A stretch of DNA of 64,000 bases from the IMG/VR virus record IMGVR_UViG_3300009553_000023, positions 1,448-65,447 of that record, one strand, 5' to 3'. Position numbers and translations under genes: made by a program. This document shows positions 18,197-27,263 of this stretch, in pieces. This DNA is from a virus. Taxonomy: Duplodnaviria > Caudoviricetes. The notes beneath the pieces were generated by a model. It was given only the letters and a program-made list of their open reading frames with translations. It made no database searches and had not been told where the DNA came from. Positions within the stretch are counted from its first letter, which is position 1. Every line of letters begins with the position of its first letter.

Positions 18197-18573
18197 TGGC
18201 GCTTGGCGTCTCGCCCGCTCTGGCAGCGCAGCAGGCCGGAATAGTCCTGCCGGACACCTGCTACATCCTGACCCGATCCGAAGAATCGAACGGGGCTGGC
18301 GGTAAGAAAGCCACCTACATCAAAGGCGACCCGCTCCCCTGCGGACTGGCGCCGCTGAAAGGGGGCGAGTACACCGGCAGCCGGGCTCTGCCGAGACCCG
18401 CAGGCGAACGCCTCGATGATCGCACGACGAATGTGCTGACGCTTTTGCCCGACACCGAGATCACCGAGGAGGATCGGGTCGAGATCGACAAGCATGGTCT
18501 CTTCGAGGTGACCGCTCTCCGTCGGCGCTCGATCGAAATCCTCCGCGAAGTCGAGCTGAGAGAGGCTCCCTGA
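18196..18573 (+). CDS. head-to-tail stopper
   Basis: Synteny; LPDTC.I...TEITEEDRV pattern. Confidence 0.7.
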   Translation: MALGVSPALAAQQAGIVLPDTCYILTRSEESNGAGGKKATYIKGDPLPCGLAPLKGGEYTGSRALPRPAGERLDDRTTNVLTLLPDTEITEEDRVEIDKHGLFEVTALRRRSIEILREVELREAP

Positions 18574-18965
18574 TGCCCGCAGAGCTAGCCAGCCGCATCC
18601 CCGAGATCATCCTGGAGGGAGAGGTGCGTGCCGAGCTCGCCGTTTCCCGGACCTGCATGGAGATCGAGGCCAACGCCAAGCACAACCTCATCGCCAACGG
18701 TTCAGTCAAAACGGGGGAGCTGGTCAGCAGTGGCGAGACCCACGTAGAGGGCACAACAGGCGAAGTGACGTTCGGAACGGATCACAGCTTTTTCGTCGAG
18801 TACGGCACGGGGGAGCGAGGCAGCGAGAGTGAGTTTGAGGGCAAGCCGGACGACATCTCTTATTCGCCTGGGTGGCCTGGCATGTCGGCCCGCCCTTACC
18901 TCACCCCCGCAGCCGAGTCGCAACGCGCTCCCTTTCTCGCGGACATGTCGCGGATCTACGGGTAA
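18573..18965 (+). CDS. HK97 gp10-like neck/tail completion protein
   Basis: VKTGEL, FVEYGTG, GMSARPYLTPA. Confidence 0.8.
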   Translation: MPAELASRIPEIILEGEVRAELAVSRTCMEIEANAKHNLIANGSVKTGELVSSGETHVEGTTGEVTFGTDHSFFVEYGTGERGSESEFEGKPDDISYSPGWPGMSARPYLTPAAESQRAPFLADMSRIYG

Positions 18966-19381
18966 TGGACCCGCTGCGGGAAGCAATCGGCAAGGCGCTA
19001 GCCACCGACGCGCCGCTGCAGGCTCTTCTCGGGGCCCCCGGTGAAGTCCACCACGCCAAGGCCCCGTCGAAAGCCAAGTATCCGTATGTGGTCTTCAACC
19101 GCCAGGCCGGAACGAACGTCTGGGCGATGGGTCCGAAACCGGCCTTCAGGGACGATCTCTGGCTTGTCAAGGGTGTCTGCCGTGATCTTGACGCCGGGTC
19201 GGCAGAGGACATCGATGCCCGCTGCGAGGAAGTGCTGAACGACGCTGCGTTGGAAGTCGCAGGACATCGCCACCTCTTCTGCCTGCGCGAGTCCGACATG
19301 CCGACCTATTCGGAGGCTGACTCAGGCGAGGCCATCTACCACTGTGGTGGCCTGTACCGAATCAAGGAGGAACCGCTTTGA
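18965..19381 (+). CDS. tail terminator (DUF3168-like)
   Basis: LREAIGKALATDAPLQALLG...APSKAKYPYVVF; ATG at 18965. Confidence 0.7.
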   Translation: MDPLREAIGKALATDAPLQALLGAPGEVHHAKAPSKAKYPYVVFNRQAGTNVWAMGPKPAFRDDLWLVKGVCRDLDAGSAEDIDARCEEVLNDAALEVAGHRHLFCLRESDMPTYSEADSGEAIYHCGGLYRIKEEPL

Positions 19382-19758
19382 GCTTGACCGAGATTCGTAA
19401 GGCAATGGCCGCACCCTTGGCCGACCTCCCCGGGACCGTGAAAGTGGCCGTGGGCGAGTCCAAGGAAGGCGCCGACCTTGAGCGGATGGTGGTCGGAGTA
19501 GTCGTCGGCCCGCTCCAGACCCCTGCCCCCGCTCAAGGGGGAATCGAGCCACTCAACAACGTCGACACCACTGAAGTCCTCGACGAACTACTCGAGGACG
19601 AGGGCGAGCGCTCAGTCAAAGCTCGCCTTGAGGCAGACCGCACCCTTGGCGGCGCGGTCGCCGATCTCTTCGTGGCCGGGCACTCCGGCTACTGCGTGTA
19701 TCCGAGTCCCAAGGGGCCGCAGCTCGGCGCCGAGTGGACCGTGACCTACACCGTCTAG
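19378..19758 (+). CDS. second terminator-like structural protein
   Basis: SVKARLEADRTLGGAV motif; TTG start with AAGGAGG. Confidence 0.55.
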   Translation: MSLTEIRKAMAAPLADLPGTVKVAVGESKEGADLERMVVGVVVGPLQTPAPAQGGIEPLNNVDTTEVLDELLEDEGERSVKARLEADRTLGGAVADLFVAGHSGYCVYPSPKGPQLGAEWTVTYTV

Positions 19759-19836
19759 CTGCACCTGGCCCTCTGGGCCGATTCTCACCGCGCCTGGCAT
19801 AGGCGCTCCATATCACCCTCAGAAAGGAGGGCGTCC

Positions 19837-20067
19837 ATGCCAGACGGCAAGGCTGCCACCACCTATGAGGTCGTCGGGCGCCAGGCCGTACTTGGCCGCG
19901 CCAAAGGCGACCGCATCACCTCCGCCGAGATCGGCGACGAGACGCAAGAACAGCGGCTCCTCGACAGCGGCGCGATCAAGCCAATCACCCCCGAGGCCCA
20001 GCCGGCCCCGACAACCACGACCAGCCCCGGCACGAAGCCGGAGGCCGGCGCGACCCCGAAGGAGTAA
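19837..20067 (+). CDS. small hypothetical tail-region protein
   Basis: AGAAAGGAGG RBS. Confidence 0.65.
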   Translation: MPDGKAATTYEVVGRQAVLGRAKGDRITSAEIGDETQEQRLLDSGAIKPITPEAQPAPTTTTSPGTKPEAGATPKE

Positions 20068-20073
20068 CGAGCG

Positions 20074-20496
20074 ATGGCAAAGAGCATCCTCCGAGAAGCG
20101 AAAGTTGAAGTCAACGGCGTCGACCTGAGCAACCACGTCCAGAAGGTCACGGTCACCAAGAAAGCCGACGAACAGGACGTAACGGCGATGGGTGCCAAAA
20201 GCAAGGAAACCCTGCTCGGCATCAGCGACGACATGATCCAGGTCACCTTCTACCAGGACCATGCTGAAGGCTCCGTCAACCGGACGCTCAGCCCCCTGCA
20301 GGGCTCGAACACGCCTTTCAAAATCAAGGTGACCCACTCCTCGGGCTCGATCTCCAAAACGAACCCCGCCTGGGAAATCGAAGAATGCATCCTGCCGGAA
20401 TTCACGCCCCTGGATGGCCAGGTCGGCTCGGCCGAGACCACGGACTGCAGCTTCAAGCCTGCGGGCGGCGAAGGCCTGAAAGAACTCACCTCGTGA
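20074..20496 (+). CDS. major tail (tube) protein
   Basis: VNGVDLSNHV..VT......DVTAMG...TFYQD...S.TNP motif; upstream of chaperones. Confidence 0.85.
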   Translation: MAKSILREAKVEVNGVDLSNHVQKVTVTKKADEQDVTAMGAKSKETLLGISDDMIQVTFYQDHAEGSVNRTLSPLQGSNTPFKIKVTHSSGSISKTNPAWEIEECILPEFTPLDGQVGSAETTDCSFKPAGGEGLKELTS

Positions 20497-20864
20497 AACG
20501 ACTCACGAAGGAGCAACTCAAGGCGCGCGCGAGCTTCAACTTCAAGGAGGTGGAGCTCGCACTGCCGGAGCTTGGTGAGAAGGACGCCGGGATTCTCTGT
20601 CGCACTCCGTCAATTAAGAACATCCACCAGCTCGAACGAGCATCCCAGGAGCGCAAGGACAAAGGCATCAGTAGCCCCGGTGTAATTGCAGGGCTGCTCG
20701 CCACCTACTGTGCGGACCCGGAGCTCAGTGAAGAGGAATGGCTGGAGGTCGTCAAGGACTGGCCGTCGACAACGATGGACAAGATCTATGAGACCTGCGC
20801 CAAGCTCGCCGGGACCACCGAAGAGGAGGCTCGCGCGCTAGCGACCGAGTTTCGCGGTTCCTGA
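20493..20864 (+). CDS. tail assembly chaperone (G-like)
   Basis: GTG overlapping the tail-tube stop; between tail tube and tape measure. Confidence 0.75.
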   Translation: MKRLTKEQLKARASFNFKEVELALPELGEKDAGILCRTPSIKNIHQLERASQERKDKGISSPGVIAGLLATYCADPELSEEEWLEVVKDWPSTTMDKIYETCAKLAGTTEEEARALATEFRGS

Positions 20865-21006
20865 GACAGATATTCCCTTTCGGTTTGAACTGGCCTTGGA
20901 GCTAGGGATGACCGTGGGGGAGCTTGAAGAGCGCATGGACTCCTACGAGTTCCGCGCTTGGAACCTGTTCATCAGGGAACGCGAAAAGCGTCGTGCTGAG
21001 GACTAG
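20842..21006 (+). CDS. tail assembly chaperone extension (T-like), in the +1 frame
   Basis: Open +1 frame after TAG at 20839: ...FRFELALELGMTVGELEERMDSYEFRAWNLFI... Confidence 0.65.
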   Translation, partial: RPSFAVPETDIPFRFELALELGMTVGELEERMDSYEFRAWNLFIREREKRRAED

Positions 21007-21019
21007 GCGCCCCGTGTGA

Positions 21020-21319
21020 CTAGGGCACGGGGCGCAGGTGCCGTTTGGGTGCTCGTTGCATCTCTACCGTGGCGCCTGCGGCTTCTAGTTCGTCTCGAAG
21101 TTGCTCAGCGATGCCTGGCTCAAGGTTGCGGCCGATTCGCGTAGGTGCGGCCTGGATAAGCCCATGGGCCTCGCTCAGGCGAAGCCCCATCCGCTCTCGG
21201 AGCACATGAATGACGGGGACCTTCTTCCCGTCGACCCCCATCAGTCGCACCTCTACATCGCCCTCGCCTACAGCGACCGGCGCCAGCGCTGGGCCTTTCC
21301 GTCGGCTCAGGAACCCCAC
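21020..21319 (-). CDS. ribosomal protein bL12 (L7/L12) C-terminal-domain homologue
   Basis: VRLMGVDGKKVPVIHVLRERMGLRLSEAHGLIQAAP...AEQLRDELEAAGATVEM; TACGAT -10 on minus strand at 21359-21364. Confidence 0.8.
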   Translation of the reverse strand: MGFLSRRKGPALAPVAVGEGDVEVRLMGVDGKKVPVIHVLRERMGLRLSEAHGLIQAAPTRIGRNLEPGIAEQLRDELEAAGATVEMQRAPKRHLRPVP

Positions 21320-21395
21320 GCCTCATCCCTTCTGACCTCGGGAGTCACTTGACCTTGCATCGTACCCTGCCCAATCAAGCCTCAGAGGCCTGCCC

Positions 21396-24300
21396 GTGAA
21401 CACCGCGGCGGCAACCCTCCGGGTCATTGTCGAGGCCCAGACGGGGCCGGCGAGTGCGAACCTCGCGAAGTTCGACGGCCAGCTCGAGGCAACCGCCGCC
21501 AAGGCCGACGCCGCGATGGGCCGCGTTGCAGCATCGAGCGAGAAGGCTGCCATCGCCTCGGGTCGGCACTGGGAGGCGACCGGTCGCTCGATCACCAAAG
21601 TTGGCAAGACCATCGGTCTAGTCGCTGCGCCGGTGGCCCTCTTTGGGGCCGCGGCGGTGAAGATGTCGATCGACTTCCACAAGGCGATGGAGATGATCTC
21701 CACGCAGGCCGGGGCGTCGCAGGGGGAAGTCCGCCAGCTTGAAAAAGCTGTCCTGGGCTTGTCGCGGCACTCGACCCAGGGGCCGACCGAACTCGCAAAC
21801 GCCCTATTCCGACTCGAGGGGGCGGGGCTCCGGGGGAAGAAGGCGATGGACGCCCTACGGGCTTCGGCGAAGCTCGCCACGGTAGGCGGCGCCGATGTAG
21901 AAGACACCGCAAAGACCCTGTCGCAGGTCTGGTTCACCGATATCAAGGGAGCAGAAGACTTCAAGCGTGTCGTTGCAGAAGTCAACGCCACGGTCGGCGC
22001 CGGCGACCTTCGCCTTCCCCAACTCGTCGATGCGCTTGGCACCGGAGTGCTCGCCTCCGCCAAGCAGGTGGGCCTCTCGCTGAAAGACGTGAACGGTGCT
22101 CTTGCCGTGTTCGGTGATGAGACCAACAACGTTTCGGGGTGGTCTGCCCAGCTCGCGACGGCGTTTCATTTCTTCACCAACCCCACTGAAAAGGCGACGG
22201 GCGCCCTCGAACACATGGGGCTGACGGGCAACTCCCTCGCCCGGGACATGCACAAGAGCCAAGGGCTGATAACTGCCCTCTCGGATCTTCGCGACCACCT
22301 GGAACGACTACCGGGTGGGCTAGAGGGAGTCCAGGCCGGGAAGACGCTTGGTGACATCCTGCCGGGTGGGCGTGGGCGCGTGCTGCTGGTCCTGCTCAAT
22401 CAGCTCGAACGCTACGAACAGAAGATGGTGCAGATCAAAGGCACCACCGACCAGTTCGGCAACGCTGTTCGCAAGACTTTCGCATTGCCTGGCGCGAAAA
22501 TGGAACGCGCCTGGTCATCGATTCGAGCCGACATGATCGAAACCGGCGACGTGCTACTGCCCGCTGTGGTCCCGGGCTTCGAACACCTTGTCCATCTTGC
22601 CGATGTGGCGATGCACATATTCACCGCCATGCCTCCCGGTCTCCAGAGCGCAGCAGTGGAGGCCGGACTCATCGGTATTGGCCTCTCCGGGGCGTTGATC
22701 GTCACCGGCAAGCTGGTTGAGGCATTTGGAGTCCTGCGTGGCTCGATGATGGGTGTCGCTGCGGCGAACTTCGCCTCTTTCGTCAGCGGCGGAGTGGGGG
22801 ACCTGAGGGCTGCCGGTGCCCTTGCGATGAGTGGCGAGCTGGGTGGCTTCTCGATGGTCGGATCGGAGGCAGCCGGTGCCCTGATGGGAGGCCTCAAAAG
22901 AGCGCTGCCTCCCCTCGTTGCTGCAGCAGGGCTAGGGGACATCGTCCTAACAGCCACGCATGGCGATTGGGGCAAGGTCGGTGCTGAGGCTGGAGGAGCC
23001 GTTGTCGGTGGCATCGCAGGCGCCTTTGTAGGTAACCCGCTGTTGGGCGTCGGCTTGGGCGCGATCTTGGGTGGTCTTAGCGACGATCTCGCGAACTCAC
23101 TCTTCGGAGGCTCGGACGACAAGCTAGCGAGCTTCCAGTCCGGGCTAAGCACCGATATGGATCGCTTGACAGGTGCCGCCAAGGTCCAGAAGGAAGCGTT
23201 TGAGGCCCTGGCAAATGCCGGCCACAAGGTGGCGGCAAGTCACCACAGGGTTCATGCGGCCGAGTCTCGCCTCGCAGCGGCGAAACGCGAGCTGAAAAAC
23301 ACCGAAGAGGAGTTCCGGGGCACCCGGCACCTATCCATATCCCAAGCCATCCAGCTTGCGCGCAAGGAAGAGAATGTTCGGGAGGCAGCGCGTCAGGTAG
23401 CCGTCGCCAAGCGCGCTGAGGAAACCGTCGAAAAACTCCAAGGCGTCCGGCGCAAGATCACCAAGCGCCAGCTTGAACAGACCGTAGAAGTCGAGAAGGG
23501 CGTCGCGGAACGGCGAGCTAAACAGATCGGCCCCCTCAAGCACCTGCTCCAGTACGAAGAAAACCAAGGTGCCTCGCGCAAGCGCATCATCGAAATCGGC
23601 AAGGTACTCCTCGCCGATATGGAAGCGCGCCAGAAGGCCTTGGCGAAGGTCAACCAGGCCGAGAGTGAAGCAGCCACCAAGATCTCTCCCCAGTTCGCGA
23701 AGCATCTCGAACAGCTCAAGTCGGCCGAGAAACAGTTCTCCGATGCGATGGCGAGGTCGACGAGGAACTTCGAACGGACGCATTCCCTCATGCAGGAAAG
23801 CGATCGCCTGTTTGGGGCTAATCGCCAGGCGGTTGGGCGAACCACCCAAAGCTACGAACACCTGAAGGGTGTCATGGGCCCGTTCCGGGCGGAATTCCAT
23901 ACGAAGCTCGGCTACGCGATGGCCGATGCCGAATCGTGGAGCAAAGCGACCAAACTCGGCGTCTCGGCGGTTGAAACGCGCTTTCATAACTTCGCCTCGA
24001 AGCTCGGGATCGCCAACGTCCACTTCGACGTCAAAGACCAAGCGCCGCAGAAACATCAGAAAGGCGGCTTCACGGTCCCCGGCAACTCGACCGGGGATCA
24101 GCATCCCTATCTAGTTCCCACCGGCTCGTTCGTCATGAACAGGGTCGCTTCGGCGGCGGCCGGATTGCAGAGCGGTGGGATGACGCCAGTGATGCTGGAG
24201 TCGAAAGAGACCGTCTTTTATCCGGATGCGGTCGCCCGCCATGGAGCCACGAACCTCGCAGCCTGGAACGCCCGCTTTCCTCGATTCCAGAAAGCACAAA

Positions 24301-27263
24301 CTGGCGGTTCCATCGGCCCCGAACCGGTGATCGTTGGTCCGACCGGGCAATTGCAATCTGTGGGCCAAGCGGCCGTGCATGCCGTCTATCAAGGCGCCCA
24401 GAAGTACTTGTCTCAGCATCAACCCACCGGGCTAGCACTCCCCGGTGGAGGCGGTTCGGTCGTCGAGCAAATTGGCCGCGTCCTCTTCGCCAACGGCTTC
24501 AACAAGATCGGCGCCGCTGGCATCATCGGCAACGCTTACCGAGAGTCAGGTTGGAATCCGGCAGCGGTAGGGACGGGCGGTGGCGGACTCTGGGGCTTTA
24601 CATCTGGCGCCATCTCACTTGCCGCCCTCCAGGCGGCGGCTGGTCGGGCGGGTGTCCCCTGGACTGATGTTCCTTTCCAGACCGGGTTCATGCTCCGTCA
24701 CGGCGGCATGGGTCTTCGGAACGTGCTCAACCACGCCGGAAGCGCGGGCGACGCCGCCCGAATCTTCATGGAACAGTGGGAGCGCCCAGGAATCCCGGCG
24801 CTGGGGGAGCGCGAAGCAGCCGCTCGCAAGGCCCTGGCGATGGGTTACCAACAGGGCGGCCAGGTGAAGCCGGTAGGCAAAGCCCTTCGACACGAATTCA
24901 ACGAGACCATACGTCGCATTTGGCCGAGGGCCGCGCCCTACTACGGGCATTCTGCGATGCCCACAACTATCGTGCTAGACCTTCCCCGCGGAACTGCTGG
25001 CGAGGCTGTGCATACCCGGCATGGCAAGGCAGCGGTCATAGACCGCAATGCGGCGCTTGGAATTGTTTCGGGCCACGAACCGGGGAACCCGGGCGCGCCT
25101 GCAGGGAAGGGGACTCTCCTGCATGAGTGGAGCCATGTCTTTCAGGTTCCCGGCCTGAAGACTTGGGAAGCTGAGGGCGGGGCTGAGGACTTCAAGCTCT
25201 GGGCAGGGCCGCAGATCTTTGGCGATACGGGAGCCTTTGGCTCCCGTACTAGGCGCTATTTTGACGATGCCCAAAAAGTTGCCCATGACAAGGGTTGGCC
25301 TTGGGTAAAGTACGGTCAGTTTGGTAGGACCCCTCAAGGCCAAGTTCATCGGCAGGAGGGCGGGCTGGTTCTCTCCCTCCAAAAAGGTGGCCCGACCGAC
25401 GCAGTCCACTGGGCTATGCGTCATCTCGGCAGCACCGACCATTGGGGCTACCCGGGGGAGTGGTGCGGCGCGTTCCTAGCTGCGGACATGGAAGCGGTAG
25501 GACTCACTCCTCCATCCGGCTATCCCTCGGCGATCAATTGGGCCTCCTACGGCTCCCCGCTGGGCCGCTCACACATCCAGGCCGGGGCGATCCTGGATTA
25601 CGGCAGCGCTCACGTGGCGATGGCAATCAGCTCCAGCGAGCAGATTCAGGGCAACAACAGCGAAGGAAAGGTCGGCACCTCCGGGATCGGCGGGGTCATC
25701 GGGGGTTCAAAACTGACGGCGGTCCGCTGGCCACCCTACGCCACGGGCCCTGGTGCTGGCTCCTCTCTAACCGAAAAAGTCCCCGGCATCTTCCATGGCG
25801 CCCACACGAAAGCCCTTTCGCTCAGCGGCGCGATCCCCAAGACGATCGGGGGCGTCAACCGCGAGATCGCCCGCCGGGAGAAAGAACTTCACATCTACCG
25901 TCGCGCCGCACAACTCGCAGGCGCCAAAGGAATGCCCAAGACCCAGCAGGCGATTCAGCACAACGTCACGGCGCTCGAAAAGCGGGTGAGCGAACTGCGC
26001 CGTGCGCTCCACAAGCTACGCCAGGAGGTCGCCAAGAAACGCATTTCAAAGCACCTGGGGCGTTCCCTCGGAACCGTCACTGGCTACGAGAAGCTCATCG
26101 AAGGCAAGGCTCGCACCTACAACCAGCTCAACGAATTCGCCAGCCAGACCGTGGACCTTGAGCCCCAGGAAGCCATCCTCTCAGCTGGGGCTACCGAAGC
26201 TCAGCGGGAGGCCGCCGAAAAGCTCTACGTCGCGAACCTGACCAGCTACATCGACTCTCAGGAGCGTCCTGCGTATCAGCGTGTCCTCGAAGCGGAGGCC
26301 GATTGGCGCAACACAATCCTGCGCGCCGAGATCTTCGGGTTTGGCAAGAACAAACCATCGGCCGCACACCTCGAGCATCGCTGGGAAAAGGGCATTCGCG
26401 GCGTCGATAGCGACATCGACGCCATCAACGCCTTCACCAAAAAGGTCTCCGACGAGAAGGGGCAGTGGAAGTCAGCCCACCCTAAAGAAGACTTTCCAAA
26501 ATGGCTCAAAGCGGCTATCAAAAAAGACGAAGCCGAACGGGAACGGCTCCCAGTCCTCCGATTCCGCGATCGTGAACTGCGCAAAGTCCTCGGCGAAGCG
26601 CGGGGGGAGTTCTACCCAGGCGTCAAAGATCCGATTCAACCCCCGACGACCCCGCTTGCTGGAACCGGGACCTTTGAGTCTGACCTGGAAGACGTACAGG
26701 GCGTCCATTGGCCCGACCAGCATGCCCTCGGTGCCTCAATTCCGGGGATGCGCATCAAGGGGCATTTCGGCGGGGCGATCTGGGAGACGCAGGGAGCAAT
26801 CGAAGAACTAGGGCTGAAGATCCAACAGGCCAGCGCGAACATCGGCGGGAGCGGTGGAGCCGGGACTGACGATTCCGAAGAAATAGCGCTCCTCAAGGAA
26901 GAACTGCTCCATGAACGTATGGGGAAGGGGCTTCGGCATATCGAGGAAGTCGTAAGCGGCGAAACTCCGAAGCCGAGCCAACTCGGCCTGCCCTATGCCG
27001 GCGCCTATGCATCTGGTGGTGTGGTTGGAGCACTCGTGGGGGAGAAGGGACCTGAGATCGCGGCCTTCCCAACGGGCACGCGAATCCACTCCGCGCGCGA
27101 GAGCGCCTCGATCCTCAAGCCCAACGTGAACGTCTACTTCTACGAGGGTGAGGGCATCGCGCAGGTGGAAGTTGACGGCCAACAGGTCGAAGCAATCGTC
27201 AACCGCATGGACCGGCGTTCCGCGCGTGGTGCGGCTCGCGGGATGGCAAGGGCAGGTTTCTAA
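21396..27263 (+). CDS. tape measure protein with lysozyme-like, HExxH and CHAP-like domains
   Basis: 1955 aa, TP901-type TMP N-terminal region; GIIGNAYRESGWNP, LLHEWSH, WCGAF...HVAM...GN. Confidence 0.92.
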   Translation: MNTAAATLRVIVEAQTGPASANLAKFDGQLEATAAKADAAMGRVAASSEKAAIASGRHWEATGRSITKVGKTIGLVAAPVALFGAAAVKMSIDFHKAMEMISTQAGASQGEVRQLEKAVLGLSRHSTQGPTELANALFRLEGAGLRGKKAMDALRASAKLATVGGADVEDTAKTLSQVWFTDIKGAEDFKRVVAEVNATVGAGDLRLPQLVDALGTGVLASAKQVGLSLKDVNGALAVFGDETNNVSGWSAQLATAFHFFTNPTEKATGALEHMGLTGNSLARDMHKSQGLITALSDLRDHLERLPGGLEGVQAGKTLGDILPGGRGRVLLVLLNQLERYEQKMVQIKGTTDQFGNAVRKTFALPGAKMERAWSSIRADMIETGDVLLPAVVPGFEHLVHLADVAMHIFTAMPPGLQSAAVEAGLIGIGLSGALIVTGKLVEAFGVLRGSMMGVAAANFASFVSGGVGDLRAAGALAMSGELGGFSMVGSEAAGALMGGLKRALPPLVAAAGLGDIVLTATHGDWGKVGAEAGGAVVGGIAGAFVGNPLLGVGLGAILGGLSDDLANSLFGGSDDKLASFQSGLSTDMDRLTGAAKVQKEAFEALANAGHKVAASHHRVHAAESRLAAAKRELKNTEEEFRGTRHLSISQAIQLARKEENVREAARQVAVAKRAEETVEKLQGVRRKITKRQLEQTVEVEKGVAERRAKQIGPLKHLLQYEENQGASRKRIIEIGKVLLADMEARQKALAKVNQAESEAATKISPQFAKHLEQLKSAEKQFSDAMARSTRNFERTHSLMQESDRLFGANRQAVGRTTQSYEHLKGVMGPFRAEFHTKLGYAMADAESWSKATKLGVSAVETRFHNFASKLGIANVHFDVKDQAPQKHQKGGFTVPGNSTGDQHPYLVPTGSFVMNRVASAAAGLQSGGMTPVMLESKETVFYPDAVARHGATNLAAWNARFPRFQKAQTGGSIGPEPVIVGPTGQLQSVGQAAVHAVYQGAQKYLSQHQPTGLALPGGGGSVVEQIGRVLFANGFNKIGAAGIIGNAYRESGWNPAAVGTGGGGLWGFTSGAISLAALQAAAGRAGVPWTDVPFQTGFMLRHGGMGLRNVLNHAGSAGDAARIFMEQWERPGIPALGEREAAARKALAMGYQQGGQVKPVGKALRHEFNETIRRIWPRAAPYYGHSAMPTTIVLDLPRGTAGEAVHTRHGKAAVIDRNAALGIVSGHEPGNPGAPAGKGTLLHEWSHVFQVPGLKTWEAEGGAEDFKLWAGPQIFGDTGAFGSRTRRYFDDAQKVAHDKGWPWVKYGQFGRTPQGQVHRQEGGLVLSLQKGGPTDAVHWAMRHLGSTDHWGYPGEWCGAFLAADMEAVGLTPPSGYPSAINWASYGSPLGRSHIQAGAILDYGSAHVAMAISSSEQIQGNNSEGKVGTSGIGGVIGGSKLTAVRWPPYATGPGAGSSLTEKVPGIFHGAHTKALSLSGAIPKTIGGVNREIARREKELHIYRRAAQLAGAKGMPKTQQAIQHNVTALEKRVSELRRALHKLRQEVAKKRISKHLGRSLGTVTGYEKLIEGKARTYNQLNEFASQTVDLEPQEAILSAGATEAQREAAEKLYVANLTSYIDSQERPAYQRVLEAEADWRNTILRAEIFGFGKNKPSAAHLEHRWEKGIRGVDSDIDAINAFTKKVSDEKGQWKSAHPKEDFPKWLKAAIKKDEAERERLPVLRFRDRELRKVLGEARGEFYPGVKDPIQPPTTPLAGTGTFESDLEDVQGVHWPDQHALGASIPGMRIKGHFGGAIWETQGAIEELGLKIQQASANIGGSGGAGTDDSEEIALLKEELLHERMGKGLRHIEEVVSGETPKPSQLGLPYAGAYASGGVVGALVGEKGPEIAAFPTGTRIHSARESASILKPNVNVYFYEGEGIAQVEVDGQQVEAIVNRMDRRSARGAARGMARAGF

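Noticed and set aside
20862-20888. Stop-codon readthrough of the chaperone TGA
   Set aside because: The same frame hits another TGA within 8 codons; the T-like sequence is in the +1 frame
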